Part shown: piece after piece, positions 63,209 to 64,000 of the stretch
Layout: every line of letters starts with the position of its first letter
How positions within the stretch are numbered: the first letter of the stretch is position 1
Made by a program: the position numbers and the translations under genes
Assembly (NCBI GenBank): GCA_030704615.1
Contig: CM060734.1
Location: forward strand, 11,408,001-11,472,000
DNA length: 64,000 nt
Direction of reading: 5' to 3'
Source of the DNA: Takakia lepidozioides
Lineage: Eukaryota > Plantae > Bryophyta
Notes under the pieces: model-generated
Database searches by the model: none
Seen by the model: only the letters and a program-made list of their open reading frames with translations
What the model was told of the DNA's origin: nothing

Positions 63209-64000
63209 CCTAGTTATCATTCCTGACGTGACGTGGCCCGGACACGTCAGACGTCACGTTGGACGTGCGTCACGTCGAATCCGGACGTTTATCCATGTAA
63301 TTTTTTTAATATTTGACTTTTACAATTTATTTCTACCCTTTGTAATGACATGGCAGCCACGGTGTAAAACAGACGTGGCCAATTATTAAAATTTATTAAT
63401 TCATTTAAAAAAATACGTCCGCCCATATTAGCGGTCGCTTAAAAGTTATTATTTTTTTAAATCAAGCGACCACCCATATTGGCGGTCGCTTGTAATTTAA
63501 TATTTTGTTAAATTAAGTGACCGCCTATATTGGCGGTTGTCGGCAATTTATGAAGTTTAAAATGAAGCGACAACCCATATTGGCGATCGCTTGAAAATTA
63601 CTATTTAAAAAAATTAAGCGACCATCCAGATTGGCAATCGCTTGTAGTTTTAAAAATATTTTAAAAAATACAACGACCGCCATTTGCCGGCCGTCGCATA
63701 TTTTTATTTTTATTCTAAAATTAATGTGACCGCCGTTTGGCGGTCGCTTCTTTAATTGTTTTTAAAAAAAAAGCAGCGACCGCCAAACGGCGGTCGCTCG
63801 TTTTGTTTTTTTAAATTTAGCGGTTGCCATTTAGCAGCAGTGGCTCTTTTGTTAAAAACATTTAAATGAAGCGACTGCAACTACGGCAGTCGCTCTTTTT
63901 AAACAAATATATATGAAGCAACCGCCAATACGGCGGTCGTTTTTTTTATTTTTATTTTTAAATGAAGCGACCGCCACTACGGTGGTCGCTCATTTTCATT
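63209..64000. mobile_element. Second terminus of the CCTAGTTATC family with ~12 subterminal palindromes; element runs off the window end
   Basis: Starts CCTAGTTATCATTCCT; reverse-complement homolog of 37990-38770. Confidence 0.8.

Noticed and set aside
38770-63209. The two CCTAG termini as TIRs of one 24 kb element enclosing the ParB-MTase/transposase region
   Set aside because: They face outward: the subterminal arrays lie left of 38770 and right of 63209, so they belong to two separate insertions.

Overview
Eukaryotic, intron-containing DNA, most likely from a non-seed land plant such as a bryophyte. This is inferred from a PLS-class PPR fragment and a CEP70-like centriole gene remnant. 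The only apparently intact host gene is the 5' half of ADA2 (minus strand, 1-3212). The rest is a nested, largely degenerate transposon cluster with scattered host-gene fragments. Two methyltransferase-carrying mobile systems stand out. (1) A Ty3/Gypsy LTR family with domain order gag-protease-DNMT3-like C5 methyltransferase-RT-RNaseH-integrase-PHD, present in at least six fragments; the most complete is 25044-31349. (2) A Mutator-like transposase (GCM-like Zn domain + DDE + SWIM, 54972-58523) lying next to spliced genes that fuse a ParB/Srx-like domain (WDGNHR) to a beta-class N4C/N6A-type methyltransferase with an unusual DIPD motif IV. There are three paralogs of this fusion gene, and the two full-length ones each have a different array of long palindromes on their 5' side (44710-45500 and 51556-53573). 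A third element family has a CCTAGTTATC terminus and GCGACCGCC/GGCGGTCGC subterminal palindromes (two copies); one copy lies beside a kinase gene. All calls come from motif recognition by eye. Coordinates of degenerate genes are approximate.
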